From an uncultured Acidobacteriota bacterium (GTDB lineage Bacteria; Acidobacteriota; Vicinamibacteria; Fen-336): DNA of 64,000 bases. Shown here piece after piece: positions 1 to 12,070 of this stretch; position 1 is the stretch's first letter; every line of letters begins with the position of its first letter. The notes beneath the pieces are model-generated. The model was not told where the DNA came from. It worked only from the letters and a program-made list of their open reading frames with translations, and did not search any database. The stretch lies in NCBI GenBank assembly GCA_963720545.1, contig OY970399.1, positions 2,848,001 to 2,912,000 on the forward strand. Reading direction: 5' to 3'. The position numbers and the translations under genes are program-made.

Positions 1-463
1 CCGCCGCGGGCTACAAGAAGGTCGACGCCTACTCGCCTTATCCGAACGAGGAGCTGTCCGAGGCGCTGCAGTTGCCGAAGTCGCACGTGCCGAAGCTGGT
101 GCTGCTTGGCGGGTGTCTTCGGCCTGCTCGGCGGGTATGGCCTCGAGTACTGGGCGTCGGCAATCGCCTATCCCGATGAACATCGGCGGCCGTCCGTACC
201 ACAGCTGGCCGGCCTTCATCCCGCCGGCGTTCGAGACCACCATCCTGGTGGCGGCGGCGTTCGCCGTCCTCGGCATGCTGGCGCTGAACGGCCTGCCGCA
301 GCCGTACCATCCGGTCTTCAACGTGCCGGCGTTCGCGCTCGCAAGCCGCGACAAGTTCTTCGTCTGCATCGAGTCGAAGGACGCGAAGTTCGAACGCGGC
401 GGCACCCGGCGCTTCCTCGAATCGCTGCACGGCCAGAGCGGTGTCTACGATGTCGAGCACTGA
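1..463 (+). CDS. actD: ACIII subunit ActD (DUF3341), 5'-truncated by window edge, frameshifted
   Basis: Pieces in successive frames: 'GYKKVDAYSPYP', 'GYGLEYWASAIAYP', 'MNIGGRPYHSWPAFIPPAFETTIL...NGLPQPYHPVF...SRDKFFVCIES'. Apparent indels near 113 and 175. Confidence 0.85.
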   Translation, partial: RRGLQEGRRLLALSERGAVRGAAVAEVARAEAGAAWRVSSACSAGMASSTGRRQSPIPMNIGGRPYHSWPAFIPPAFETTILVAAAFAVLGMLALNGLPQPYHPVFNVPAFALASRDKFFVCIESKDAKFERGGTRRFLESLHGQSGVYDVEH

Positions 464-1053
464 GATGAGGGCGAAGCGCCTGCTGCGCGCTGCTGCGCTG
501 CTTCTCGACAGCGCTCGTGGCGGGCGGCTGCCGGCAGGACATGCACGACCAGCCGCGCTACAAGCCCTATGCGCAGAGCGAATTCTGGGGCGACGACCGC
601 TCGGCGCGGCCGCTGCCCGAGGGCACGGTGGCGCGCGGCTTCCTGCGCGCCGATGCGGCGTTCTACACCGGCAAGGAGGACGGGGCCTTCGTGGCCTCGT
701 TCCCGCTCGCGGTGGACGAGGCGTTGCTGCAGCGCGGCCGGCAGCGCTTCGACATCTACTGCACGCCGTGCCACGGCCGCACCGGCGCCGGCAACGGCAT
801 GGTGGTGCAGCGCGGCCTGAAGCAGCCGCCGTCCTTCCACGTCGCGCGCCTGCGCGACAGCCCGCCCGGCTACTTCTTCGACGTGATGACGAACGGCTTC
901 GGCGCCATGCAGGACTACGCCGCCGCCATCGAACCGAAGGATCGCTGGGCGATTGCCGCGTACCTGCGCGCATTGCAGTTCAGCCAGGCCGCGGCACCCG
1001 CGGACGTGCCGGCGGCCACGCCGGCCAGCCCCGCCGCGGAGGCGCACGAATGA
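450..1053 (+). CDS. actE: ACIII monoheme cytochrome c lipoprotein ActE (frameshift in signal region)
   Basis: 'AGGCRQDMHDQPRYKP...RPLPEGTVARG', CTPCH heme motif, 'NGFGAM'. Start region lies in another frame (indel ~510). Confidence 0.85.
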
Positions 1054-2247
1054 CGTCGAGCGAGCGCACCATTCCGCCGGGCGTCGCCGCGGTGCAGCGC
1101 CTCGGCATGGCCGCGGGCGTCCTCGGCGTCCTGGGCTGCGCCGCCGGCTTGTTCCTGCAGCCCGCGCAGTTCTTCCGCTCGTACCTCTTCGGATTCCTGT
1201 TCTGGGCGTTCCTCGCCTTCGGCGCCACCGCGCTGCTGATGATCCAGCACCTCTCCGGCGGCATGTGGGGGCTCGTCAACCGCCGCATGCTCGAAGCCGC
1301 GAGCCGCACGGCACCGGTGGTGGCGCTGCTCTTCATCCCGGTGGCGCTGGGCATCTCGTCGATCTATCCGTGGGCGCATCCGCAGGACGTGCCCGAGATC
1401 GTGCGCCTCAAGCTCGGCTACCTGAACGCGCCGTTCTTCACCTTGCGCGCCGCCGCCTACTTCTTCCTCTGGATGGTCGTCACTTTGTTCCTCAACAAGT
1501 GGTCGCTGCAAGCAGGACCGCGAGCCGAGTGCAGGCGCTCAGCTACCGCCTCGAGAACCTCTCCGGCGCTGGCCTCGTGCTGCTGGCGTTCGTTACTACC
1601 TTCGCCTCGATCGACTGGGCGATGTCCCTCTCGCCCGACTGGTTCTCGACCATCTACGGCGTGCTCTTCATGGTCGGCGGCCTGTTGTCTCGGCGTGGTC
1701 TTTCGTCATCCTGCTGATCGCCGTCTGGGGCGACGACGCAGCCGTTCGATCGCGTCTGCGAAGCCCGGACTTCATCCAGGACATGGGCAAGTTCCTGCTG
1801 ACCTTCATCATGCTGTGGGCCTACATGCACCTCTCGCAGTTCCTCATTATCTGGTCCGGGAACCTGCCCGAGGAGATCCCCTGGTACCTGAACGCGCATG
1901 AGCGGGCGCCTACATGTACCTGGGACAGGCGCTCGTGGTGCTTCACTTCGCCCTGCCGTTCCTGATACTGCTGTCGCGCGATTTGAAGCGCGTGCGCAAG
2001 AAGCTCGCCGATGGTCGCGGGCCTGGTCTTCGTCATGCGCGCCTTCGAACTGCTGTGGATCATCGGCCCGCGAGATCCACGGGGCGTCGTGGTGCACTGG
2101 CTGGACGTCGCGGCCTGGGCGGCGGTCGGCGGCATCTGGGTGTGGTTCTTCACCCAGCAGCTCAAGAACCGGCCGATGCTGCCGCTCGGCGAACCCGAGC
2201 ATCCGCGAATTGCTCGAGTGCCAAGGCGGAGGCACCAGGCGCGATGA
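1050..2247 (+). CDS. actF: ACIII membrane subunit ActF, multiply frameshifted
   Basis: Segments 'QFFRSYLFGFLFW..IQHLSGGMWG', 'FASIDWAMSLSPDWFSTIYG', 'DMGKFLLTFIMLWAYMHLSQFLIIWSGNLPEEIPWY', 'HFALPFLILLSR' spread over three frames. Confidence 0.85.
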
Positions 2248-2718
2248 CCACGACGCAGCACGGGCACGGCTACCGACGGCTCCCGCTCGAATCCGCACGT
2301 GCGCTACGAAACCGTAGACATCGACGGCTCGCCGATCATGCGCTCGGCCGTATACCTGTTCGTCATCCTGACCATGGTGCTGGCGCTCCTCTGGTTCTTC
2401 TTTGGCTTCCTCACGCGCCGCGAAGCCGCCGCGCAGCCGCCGCCACGGCCGATCGCCTTTCCCGCGGACCGCCGGCCGCCGCTGCCGAACCTGCTCATCG
2501 ACGAGCCGAAGAACCTGAAGGAGTTCCGCGCGAGCGAGGATGCGCTGCTGCATTCCTCGGGCACGGTCGATCCGGCGCCCGCCGGCGGCGGTGAGCCCGT
2601 GATGCGCATCCCCATCGACGACGCGATCCGCATCGTGGCGAAGCGTGGGCTGCCTACGCGCAGCACGCCGTCGGCGTCACCAAGCGCGACGCCGTCGCCC
2701 GCAAAGGCGAGCCACTGA
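2244..2718 (+). CDS. Single-TM ACIII-associated protein (ActG-like), frameshift near 2297
   Basis: 'RYETVDID' + TM helix + 'PPLPNL...RIPIDDAIRIVAKRGLP'; located between actF and sco. Confidence 0.65.
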
Positions 2719-3559
2719 TGACCATGCGCCGCCTGCTCGCCGTCATTCATCCTCGTCGCAGCCGCGCTGCCTGCGATGCGCACGCGCAGGTGCCGGCGCC
2801 GCCGCCGCCGCCGGTGGACCTGAAGCCACCGATCAGCGCGCAGATCGGCTGGGACCAGAAGCTCGGCACCACCCTACCGATGGACGTGGCTTTCCGCGAC
2901 GAATCGGGCGCCACGGTTGCGCTCGGCGATTACTTCAAGGGCAAGCCGGTGGTGCTCTCCTTCAACTATTACGAATGCCCGATGCTGTGCAAGGTGCAGC
3001 TGCAAGGCTTCCTCTCGGCGCTGGGCGTCCTCAGCTTCGACGCCGGGCGGGAGTTCGAGGTGCTGACCGTGAGCATCAACCCCGCCGACGGTCCGGGCGA
3101 GGCGGCGCGCTACAAGAAGGGCTACATGGACCGCTATAGGCGGCCCACCGCGAGCGCCGGCTGGCATTTCCTCACCGGCGACGAAGCCGCCATCAAGCAC
3201 CTCGCCGATGCCGCCGGCTTCCGCTACGCCTGGGACGAGGAGACCAAGCAGTACGCGCACCCGGCCGGGATCATGGTGCTGACGCCGGAAGGGCGCATCG
3301 CGCAGTACCTCTACGGCATCGAGTATGCGCCGCGCGACCTGCGCCTTGCGCTCGTCGAGGCTTCGAACGGCAAGATCGGCAACCGCATCGACCAGGCGGT
3401 GCTCTACTGCTACCGCTACGATCCCGCCACCGGCCGCTACGGCGCCGCCATCATGCGCATCCTGCGCACGCTCTCGGTGCTGACGCTCGCGGCGTTCGCC
3501 GCCTTCTTCCTGGCGATGCGCCGGCGCGAACAGCGCCTTGCCGCCGCGAGGGCAGCCTC

Positions 3560-3563
<4 letters not shown>
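2718..3563 (+). CDS. SCO/SenC family copper chaperone
   Basis: 'YYECPMLC' CxxxC motif, 'WHFLTG', 'YAHPAG', C-terminal TM; directly upstream of coxB. Confidence 0.9.
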
Positions 3564-4515
<952 letters not shown>

Positions 4516-4519
<4 letters not shown>

Positions 4520-6141
4520 CGAGCGAAGTGCGCGAAGCGCCCCGGCGGAACTACCTCAACACCGAATACGGTGTGTGGTCGTGGCTCCTCACCAAGGATC
4601 ACAAGCGGATCGCCATCCTCTATCTCGCGGTGATCACGCTGATGTTCGCGATCGGGGGCTTCTACGCGATGCTGATCCGCGTCGAGCTGCTGACGCCGCA
4701 GGGCGACCTGATGAGCTCCGAGACCTACAACCGTGCGTTCACCGCGCACGGCATCATCATGGTGTTCTTCTTCCTGATCCCGTCGATCCCCGCGGTGCTC
4801 GGCAACTTTCTCATCCCCCTGATGATCGGCGCCAAGGACCTGGCGTTCCCGAAGATCAACCTGCTGAGCTGGTACCTGTACGTGATCGGCTCGGGCTTCG
4901 CGCTCGCCGCCATCCTGAGCGGCGGCCTCGACACCGGCTGGACCTTCTACACCCCCTACAGCACCTCGTTCGCGAACGGGGCCGTGACCACTGCCGCGCT
5001 CGGCGTGTTCATCGCCGGCTTCTCCTCGATCCTCACCGGCTTCAACTTCATCGTCACCATCCACAAGATGCGCGCCCCGGGCCAGACGTGGTTCCGGCTG
5101 CCCCTCTTCGTCTGGGCGCACTACGCCACTTCGATCATCCAGGTTCTCGGCACGCCGGTGATCGCGGTGACCATCCTGATGGTCGCGCTCGAGCGCGTCT
5201 TCCACTTCGGCTTCTTCGACCCGGCACGCGGCGGCGACCCGGTGCTGTTCCAGCACCTCTTCTGGTTCTACTCGCACCCGGCGGTCTACATCATGATCCT
5301 GCCGGCGATGGGTGTGGTCAGCGAGCTGGTCACGTGCTTCTCGCGCAAGCGCATCTTCGGCTACGGCCTGATCGCCGCCTCGAGCTTCGGCATCGCCATC
5401 ATCGGCTTCTTCGTCTGGGCGCACCACATGTTCGTCGCCGGCATCTCGGTGTACTCGGCGATGGTGTTCTCGGCGCTCAGCTTCCTGGTCGCGATCCCGT
5501 CGGCGATCAAGGTGTTCAACTGGACCGCCACCCTCTACAAGGGCTCGATCTCGTACCAGACGCCGATGCTGTACGCGCTCGGCTTCATCGGCCTGTTCAC
5601 GATCGGCGGCCTCACCGGCCTGTTCCTCGCCACCCTCGGCGTCGACGTGCACGTCACCGACACCTACTTCATCATTGCCCACTTCCACTACATCATGGTG
5701 GGCGGCGCCATCATGGGCTACCTCGGCGGGCTGCACTTCTGGTGGCCGAAGATCACCGGCCGCATGTATCCCGAGTGGTGGTCGCGGGTCTCCGCGTTCC
5801 TGGTGTTCTTCGGCTTCAACCTCACGTTCTTCCCGCAGTTCATCCTCGGCTACCTCGGCATGCCGCGCCGCTACCATGCCTACCCCGACGAGTTCCAGGT
5901 GCTGAACGTGATGTCGACCGCGGGCGCCTCGATCCTCGCGGTCGGCTACCTGCTGCCGATGTTCTACTTCGCCTGGTCGATGCGCTACGGCAAGCTGGCG
6001 CCCGCCAACCCGTGGCCCGCCACCGGCCTCGAGTGGACGACGCCGTCGCCGCCGCCGCCCGACAATTTCGAGGAGACCCCGACCGTCACCGGCGAGGTCT
6101 ACGACTACAGGCACCTGCCGAAGGAGCTGTACCTTGGCTGA
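4516..6141 (+). CDS. coxA: Cytochrome c oxidase subunit I, A2 type
   Basis: 'DHKRI', 'WFYSHPAVY' (YS motif of A2), 'WAHHMF', 'AIPSAIKVF' (K-channel Lys present), 'AHFHY', 'GMPRRY'. Confidence 0.97.
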
Positions 6142-6796
6142 CGACCTCGCGCTGCGGCATCACTTCGCCACCGTCGAGCAGCAGAAGGCCGCGTCGACGC
6201 TCGGCATGTGGGTGTTCATCGCCCAGGAAGTGCTGTTCTTCGGCGGCCTGTTCGGCGCGTACGCCGTCTACCGCAACCTCTACTTCGATGCGTTCGCGGC
6301 CAGCAGCCACCACCTCGACCTGAAGCTCGGCTTCATCAACACGCTGGTGCTCATCGGCAGCAGCCTGACGATGGCGATGGGCGTGCATGCCGCGGCGCTC
6401 GGCAAGCCGAAGCAGATCGTCGCCTGGATCCTCGCCACGGTCGGGCTCGGCGGCGTGTTCCTCAGCATCAAGGTGGTGGAGTACGCCGACAAGTTCCATC
6501 ACCACCTGGTGCCCGGCCCGCACTTCAGCGCCGAGTCGCTCGGCCTCACCGGCGTGGCCGCGCAGCACGCGCAGATCTTCTACTCGCTGTACTTCGCGAT
6601 GACCGGGCTGCATGCGGCGCACATGATCATCGGCATCCCGATCCTGCTGCTGACCGCGTTCTTCGCCTGGCGCGGGCGCTACTCGGTTGAGTACCACACC
6701 CCGGTCGAGCTCGTCGGCCTGTACTGGCACTTCGTCGACATCATCTGGATCTTCCTCTTCCCGCTCCTCTACCTCATCGGCCACAGGACCTTCTGA
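6134..6796 (+). CDS. coxC: Cytochrome c oxidase subunit III
   Basis: '[17 protein letters not shown]', 'MTGLHAAH', '[18 protein letters not shown]'. Confidence 0.95.
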   Translation: MADDLALRHHFATVEQQKAASTLGMWVFIAQEVLFFGGLFGAYAVYRNLYFDAFAASSHHLDLKLGFINTLVLIGSSLTMAMGVHAAALGKPKQIVAWILATVGLGGVFLSIKVVEYADKFHHHLVPGPHFSAESLGLTGVAAQHAQIFYSLYFAMTGLHAAHMIIGIPILLLTAFFAWRGRYSVEYHTPVELVGLYWHFVDIIWIFLFPLLYLIGHRTF

Positions 6797-6798
6797 AC

Positions 6799-7077
6799 AT
6801 GTCGAGCCACATCGTCCCGGTCAGGATCTACATCACGGTGTTCCTCGCCCTGGTCGTCGGTACCATGCTCACGGTGTATGCCGCCACCCACGACTTTGGC
6901 ATGTTCAATACACCCGTCGCGCTGCTGATCGCGTTCTCGAAAGCGACCCTGGTGGTGCTGTTCTTCATGCACGTGAAGTACAGCGACAGCCTGACGCGGC
7001 TCTGGGTGGTCGCCGGCATCGCGTTCCTGCTGATCCTCTTCCTGCTCACCGGCTCGGACTACATCACCCGCCACTGA
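6799..7077 (+). CDS. Cytochrome c oxidase subunit IV (caa3 CtaF/CoxD family)
   Basis: Three TMs, 'KATLVVLFFMHVKY'. Confidence 0.9.
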   Translation: MSSHIVPVRIYITVFLALVVGTMLTVYAATHDFGMFNTPVALLIAFSKATLVVLFFMHVKYSDSLTRLWVVAGIAFLLILFLLTGSDYITRH

Positions 7078-7078
7078 T

Positions 7079-7516
7079 TTGGAACGCAAAAAGGCCCGCT
7101 GGCGGCGTGAGTTCGCGGCGAGCGCCGAGACCGGCAGCATCTCGCCGGTGGTCCGCTCGGTGATGAAGCTGATCGCCGAGCACCGCGCGCTGCCGCGCCG
7201 CCGCCACGACGTGGAGCTGGCGCTGCGCGAAGCGCTCGCGAACGCCATCGTCCACGGCAGCCACAAGGACCCAGGCAAGCAGGTCCACGTCGCGGTCAGC
7301 GGGGATCGCGAACGCATCCGGATCATGGTGCGCGACGAAGGCCCCGGCTTCGACTACCGCCGCCCACCCGACCCGCTCGAAGCCGAGCGCATCCACGCCC
7401 ATCACGGCCGCGGCATCTTCCTCATCCGCCGCCTCATGGACCAGGTCCGCTTCGCCCAGGGCGGCCGCGAAATCCGCATGTGGAAGGAAGAGAAGCGCCG
7501 CAGCCGGAAGCGCTGA
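7079..7516 (+). CDS. RsbW-like anti-sigma factor / HATPase_c protein (start uncertain)
   Basis: 'ELALREALANAIVHG', 'VRDEGPGFD', 'HGRGIFLIRRLMD'. Confidence 0.85.
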   Translation: MERKKARWRREFAASAETGSISPVVRSVMKLIAEHRALPRRRHDVELALREALANAIVHGSHKDPGKQVHVAVSGDRERIRIMVRDEGPGFDYRRPPDPLEAERIHAHHGRGIFLIRRLMDQVRFAQGGREIRMWKEEKRRSRKR

Positions 7517-7526
7517 GCGGCGCCTA

Positions 7527-8951
7527 CTACTGCTGCGGCTGTTGTTGTTGGGCTGCCGCGGCCTCCGCGCCAGACTCGGACTGCCAGCCGCCGCCTAGCG
7601 CGCGGTAGAGGTTCACCACCGCGAGGAGCTGGTCGCGGCGGGTGCGGGCGAGGTTGATTTCGGCGGGGAACAGCTGCTGCTGGGCGTCGAGGACCTCGAA
7701 GTAGGCCGAGAGGCCCGAGGTGTAGCGCAGGTTGGCGAGGCGTACCGCCTCAGTGAACGCTCGGACCGTGCGGGTGCGCTGCTCTTCGGTTTCGACCAGG
7801 CGGGTACGGTCGACGAGTGCCGTCGAGACCTCGACGAGGGCGTTCGTCACCGCCCGCTCATAAAGGACGCGGCTCTGTTCGTAGCGGGCCACCGCGGCAG
7901 CGTGGTTACGGCGCAGGGCGCCGCCGGTGAAGATCGGGCCGGTGAGGGACGGCTCGAGGTTCCAGGCCTTGCCCGAGGAGAACAGGTCGCCCAGTTCCTT
8001 GCTGACGTTGCCGAAGAAGCCGGTGAGGCTGAGGGTGGGGAAGTAGCGCGCCTTCGCTTCGCCAACCAGGGCGTTGGCCGAGCGCAGCGCCTGCTCGCTT
8101 TCGCGAATGTCGGGGCGGCGCTCGAGGAGCTCCGCAGGCAGTCCCGGCGGGATATCTGGTGGCCGCTCCGTCGCGGCCGTATCCCGCTCGATCGGGTGCG
8201 GCGGCTGGCCGAGGAGGAACGAGATCTGGTTCTCGCGCGCCGCGATCGCGCGCTCGATCTCGGGGATCTGAGCCGCCACCTCGCCAAGCGCCGCTTCGGC
8301 GCGGGCGGTCTCGAGCGCGGAGGCGGCGCCGCCGGTGAGCCGCCGGTCGAAGAGGCGATAGGTGTCCTCGAACGCGACGGTGGTGCGCCGCGCGATCGCA
8401 AGCTCGGCGTCCAGCTCGCGCAGATCGAAATAGGCAGTGGCGACGTCGGCGATCAACGACACCGCCACACCGCGGCGCGCGTCTTCGCTCGCAAAATAGT
8501 TTGCGAGCGCCGCCTCGTTCTGCCTGCGGATCCGGCCCCACAAGTCGAGCTCCCAGCTGAAGCCGACGTTCGCGGTGTACACGGTGCGCACCGGCTGCGC
8601 CGCGTTCGCCACCTGGTCCACGTGTTCGCGCCTCACGGAGCCGGAGTAGCCGACGCTCGGGAACAGGTCGGCGCGCGAGACTCCGTAGAGAGCGCGCGCT
8701 TCGGCCACGCGCGCCGCGGCGAGGCGTGCGTCGAAGCCTTGCGCGAGCGCCTGTTCGATGAGCTGCTTCAGCACGGGGTCGTTGAACACGTCCCACCACG
8801 GCACGCTCGCGAGCGTGCGTGCTTCAGCGGCGCTTTCTTCTGCGCCGGCATACTTTGGCGGCAGGTTCAGCGGCGGGCGCTCGTACTTTGGCCCTACGGC
8901 GCAGGCGCTGCTTGCGGCCGCCAGCGCCAGGACCAGGGCCGTGCGCTTCAC
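7527..8951 (-). CDS. Efflux outer membrane lipoprotein (OprM/NodT family)
   Basis: GTG start overlapping the RND stop; lipobox 'ASSAC-AVGP', 'WELDLWG', 'LLERRPDI', 'LYRALGGGW'. Confidence 0.92.
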   Translation of the reverse strand: MKRTALVLALAAASSACAVGPKYERPPLNLPPKYAGAEESAAEARTLASVPWWDVFNDPVLKQLIEQALAQGFDARLAAARVAEARALYGVSRADLFPSVGYSGSVRREHVDQVANAAQPVRTVYTANVGFSWELDLWGRIRRQNEAALANYFASEDARRGVAVSLIADVATAYFDLRELDAELAIARRTTVAFEDTYRLFDRRLTGGAASALETARAEAALGEVAAQIPEIERAIAARENQISFLLGQPPHPIERDTAATERPPDIPPGLPAELLERRPDIRESEQALRSANALVGEAKARYFPTLSLTGFFGNVSKELGDLFSSGKAWNLEPSLTGPIFTGGALRRNHAAAVARYEQSRVLYERAVTNALVEVSTALVDRTRLVETEEQRTRTVRAFTEAVRLANLRYTSGLSAYFEVLDAQQQLFPAEINLARTRRDQLLAVVNLYRALGGGWQSESGAEAAAAQQQQPQQ

Positions 8952-11900
8952 TTCTGTTCCGCCTCGCGGTGCTTGCCGGAGCGCTTCTCGATCCATACGA
9001 ACAGCAGCGGGATGAGGAAGATCGCGATGCCGGTGGCCGCCAGCATTCCGGTAATCACCGCGGTGCCCATGACCTGGCGGCCGTTGGCGCCGGCGCCGCT
9101 GGCGAGCCACAACGGCACGCAGCCGAGCACGAAGGCGAAGGAGGTCATGAGGATGGGCCGCAGCCGCAGGCGCGCGCCTTCGAGCGCCGCGTCGGTGAGG
9201 CTCTTGCCCTGCTCGTAGCCGTCCTTGGCGAACTCCACGATCAGGATCGCGTTCTTGGCGGCGAGGCCGATGAGCATGACGAGGCCGATCTGGCCGAAGA
9301 CGTCGAGCGACATGCCGCGCGCCAACAGGCCGAGGAAGGCGCCGACCACCGCGATCGGCACCGACAGCAGCACGCTGAAGGGCAGGGACCAGCTCTCGTA
9401 GAGGGCCGCGAGGATCAGGAACACGAAGCCGATCGAGAGCCCGAACACGATGCCGCTGCGGCCGGCGGCCTTCTTCTCCTGGTAGGAGAGGTCGCTCCAG
9501 TCGTAGCTCATCTCGAGCGGCAGCACCTGCGCCGCCACTTCCTCCATGGCGGCCATCGCCTGCCCGGAGCTGTATCCCGGCGCCGGCTGCCCGGTGATCT
9601 GCGCGGCGCGGAACAGGTTGAAGCGCTGCGTGTACTCGGGGCCAAACAGGCGCCTGGTGCTCACCACTGTCGAGAGGGGCACCATGGTGCCGTCGCCGTT
9701 GCGCACGTGGAACAGGCCGATGTCCTCGGGGGTGAGGCGGTCCTCGGCCTCGGCCTGCAGGAACACCCGCCACTGCCGGCCGAAGCGGTTGAACTGGTTG
9801 ATGTAGAGGCCGCCGAGGAATGCCTGCAGCGTCTGGTAGACGTCGCCGACGGCGACGCCCTGCTTCAGCACCTTTTCCTTGTTGACCTCGGCGTACACCT
9901 GCGGCACCGCGGCGCGGAACGGCGCGTTGACGTTGGCAAGCTCGGGGCGCGCACGCGCCGCCTCCAGCATCTTCTGCAGGTTCTGGTAAAGGAAATCGAC
10001 GGTGCCGCCGCTGCGGTCCTCGAGCCAGAACGAGAAGCCGCCGGTGGAGCCGATGCCGGGAATGGCCGGCGGCGCGAACGCGAACGCGACCGCCTCGTTC
10101 ACCTGCGCGCGCAGCGCCTTGTTGAGACGCGCCATGATCGCAACCGAGGTGGCGCGGCGCTCGTCCCAGGGCGCCAACGAGACGAAGAAGAACGCCTGGT
10201 ATGACGACGAGGTGCGGGTGAGAAGGCTGAAGCCGTTGATGGTCGCATAGCCCGCGACGCCTTCGGTGTCTTTCAGCATGCCTTCGATCTTGCGCGTCAC
10301 CTGGAGGGTGCGCTGGAACGATGCGGCGTCGGGCAGTTGCACGTTCATCAGGAAGAACGCCTGGTCTTCATCCGGTATGAAGCCCGTCGGCAGCTTGCGA
10401 CCGAGCCCCGCGGCGAGCAGCGCGAATGCCGCGAGGATGGCGAAGCCGATGCCGGCCTTGCGGATGAGGCGCCCCGAGAGCGACACGTAGCCGTCGGTCG
10501 CGCGCGCGAACCAGCGGTTGAAGGCGGCGAAGAAGCGGCCGAGGGGGCCGCGCGACTCGGTGCGCGGCCGCAGCAGCATGGCCGAGAGCGCCGGCGACAG
10601 CGTCAGCGCGTTGAACGCGGAGATCAGCACCGAGATCGCGATGGTGCCGGCGAACTGCTTGTTGAGCTGTCCCTGGATGCCGCCCATCAGGCCGATGGGT
10701 ATGAAGACGGACGACAGCACCAGTGCGATGCCGACCACGGGGCCCGAGACCTCGGACATCGCCTTCAACGTGGCGTCGCGGGCGCTCATGCCCTCCTCGA
10801 TGTGGTGCTCCACCGCTTCCACCACCACGATCGCGTCGTCGACCACCAGGCCGATCGCGAGCACCAGGCCGAAGAGCGACAACGTGTTGATCGAAAAGCC
10901 GAGCAGCGGGAAGAACGCGAACGTGCCGATGAGCGACACCGGCACCGCGATGAGGGGGATGAGGGTGGCGCGCCAGTTCTGCAGGAACAGGAACACCACC
11001 ATGATGACGAGTACCATCGCGATCACCAGCGTCACGGCGATCTCGTGTATGCCCGCGGTCACCGGCCGGCTGGTGTCCACAGAGACCGCGTATTCCATGT
11101 CGCTGGGGAATCGCGTCTTCAAGCCGTCCATCGCCGCCTTCAGGCCGTTAGCCACCTGCAGCGCGTTGGCGCCCGGCGCCAGGTACGCGGCGACCAGCGC
11201 GGCGGGGCGGCCGTTGAAGCGCGACGACTGGTTGTAGTTGAGGGCGCCCAGCTCGATGCGGGCGACGTCCTTGAGGCGCACCACCGAGCCCTGCGGGTCG
11301 ATGCGCACCACCACGTCCCCGAACTGTTCAGCGGTCACCAGGCGACCCTGCACGCGCACGGTGTAGGTGAGCTGCTGCCCGGGCGGCGCCGGCTCGCCGC
11401 CGACCTTGCCGGCGGGGTTGACGTTGCTCTGCTGCTGCACCGCGCGCACCAGGTCAGGCACGGTCAGGCCCAGCCGTGCCAGCTTGTCCGGCTTCACCCA
11501 GATGCGCATCGAGTATTCGGACAGACCGAAGTTCGTCACCTGGCCGACGCCCGGCACGCGGTAGAGCGCATCGTTGATGTTGATGAGCGCGTAGTTGCCG
11601 AGGAACAGGGCGTCGTAGGTCTGGTTCGGCGAGTAGACGGCGAAGATCAGGAGCGGCAGGCCGACGGTGCTGCGATAGGTGAGGCCGAACTGGCTGACGT
11701 CGGGCGGCAGGTTGGGCTGCGCCTGCGAGACCCGGTTCTGCGCGTTCACCTGGTTGATGTTGGGCTGGGTGCCGAGGTCGAAGGTGACGATCAGCGTCAT
11801 CGAGCCGTCGTTGGCGTTCGTCGACTGCATGTAGAGCGCGCGGTCGACGCCGTTCATCTGCTGCTCGAGCGGCGTCGCCACCGACTGCTCGATGGTGGTG

Positions 11901-12061
11901 GCATCGGCGCCCGTGTAGGTCGTCTGGATCTGGATCTGCGGCGGGATGATGTCGGGGAACTGCGCCACCGGCAACCCGCTGGCGCTCACCAGGCCGAGGA
12001 TCACCGTGATGATGGCAATGACCATGGCGACGATCGGCCGGTCGACGAAGAACCGTGACAT
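8948..12061 (-). CDS. RND efflux permease (HAE1/AcrB family)
   Basis: 1037 aa; 'FFVDRPIVA', 'IGLVVDDAIVVVE', 'KNAILIVEFA', 'RLRPILMT'. Confidence 0.97.
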   Translation of the reverse strand: MSRFFVDRPIVAMVIAIITVILGLVSASGLPVAQFPDIIPPQIQIQTTYTGADATTIEQSVATPLEQQMNGVDRALYMQSTNANDGSMTLIVTFDLGTQPNINQVNAQNRVSQAQPNLPPDVSQFGLTYRSTVGLPLLIFAVYSPNQTYDALFLGNYALININDALYRVPGVGQVTNFGLSEYSMRIWVKPDKLARLGLTVPDLVRAVQQQSNVNPAGKVGGEPAPPGQQLTYTVRVQGRLVTAEQFGDVVVRIDPQGSVVRLKDVARIELGALNYNQSSRFNGRPAALVAAYLAPGANALQVANGLKAAMDGLKTRFPSDMEYAVSVDTSRPVTAGIHEIAVTLVIAMVLVIMVVFLFLQNWRATLIPLIAVPVSLIGTFAFFPLLGFSINTLSLFGLVLAIGLVVDDAIVVVEAVEHHIEEGMSARDATLKAMSEVSGPVVGIALVLSSVFIPIGLMGGIQGQLNKQFAGTIAISVLISAFNALTLSPALSAMLLRPRTESRGPLGRFFAAFNRWFARATDGYVSLSGRLIRKAGIGFAILAAFALLAAGLGRKLPTGFIPDEDQAFFLMNVQLPDAASFQRTLQVTRKIEGMLKDTEGVAGYATINGFSLLTRTSSSYQAFFFVSLAPWDERRATSVAIMARLNKALRAQVNEAVAFAFAPPAIPGIGSTGGFSFWLEDRSGGTVDFLYQNLQKMLEAARARPELANVNAPFRAAVPQVYAEVNKEKVLKQGVAVGDVYQTLQAFLGGLYINQFNRFGRQWRVFLQAEAEDRLTPEDIGLFHVRNGDGTMVPLSTVVSTRRLFGPEYTQRFNLFRAAQITGQPAPGYSSGQAMAAMEEVAAQVLPLEMSYDWSDLSYQEKKAAGRSGIVFGLSIGFVFLILAALYESWSLPFSVLLSVPIAVVGAFLGLLARGMSLDVFGQIGLVMLIGLAAKNAILIVEFAKDGYEQGKSLTDAALEGARLRLRPILMTSFAFVLGCVPLWLASGAGANGRQVMGTAVITGMLAATGIAIFLIPLLFVWIEKRSGKHREAEQK

Positions 12062-12070
12062 CGCGAGCCG

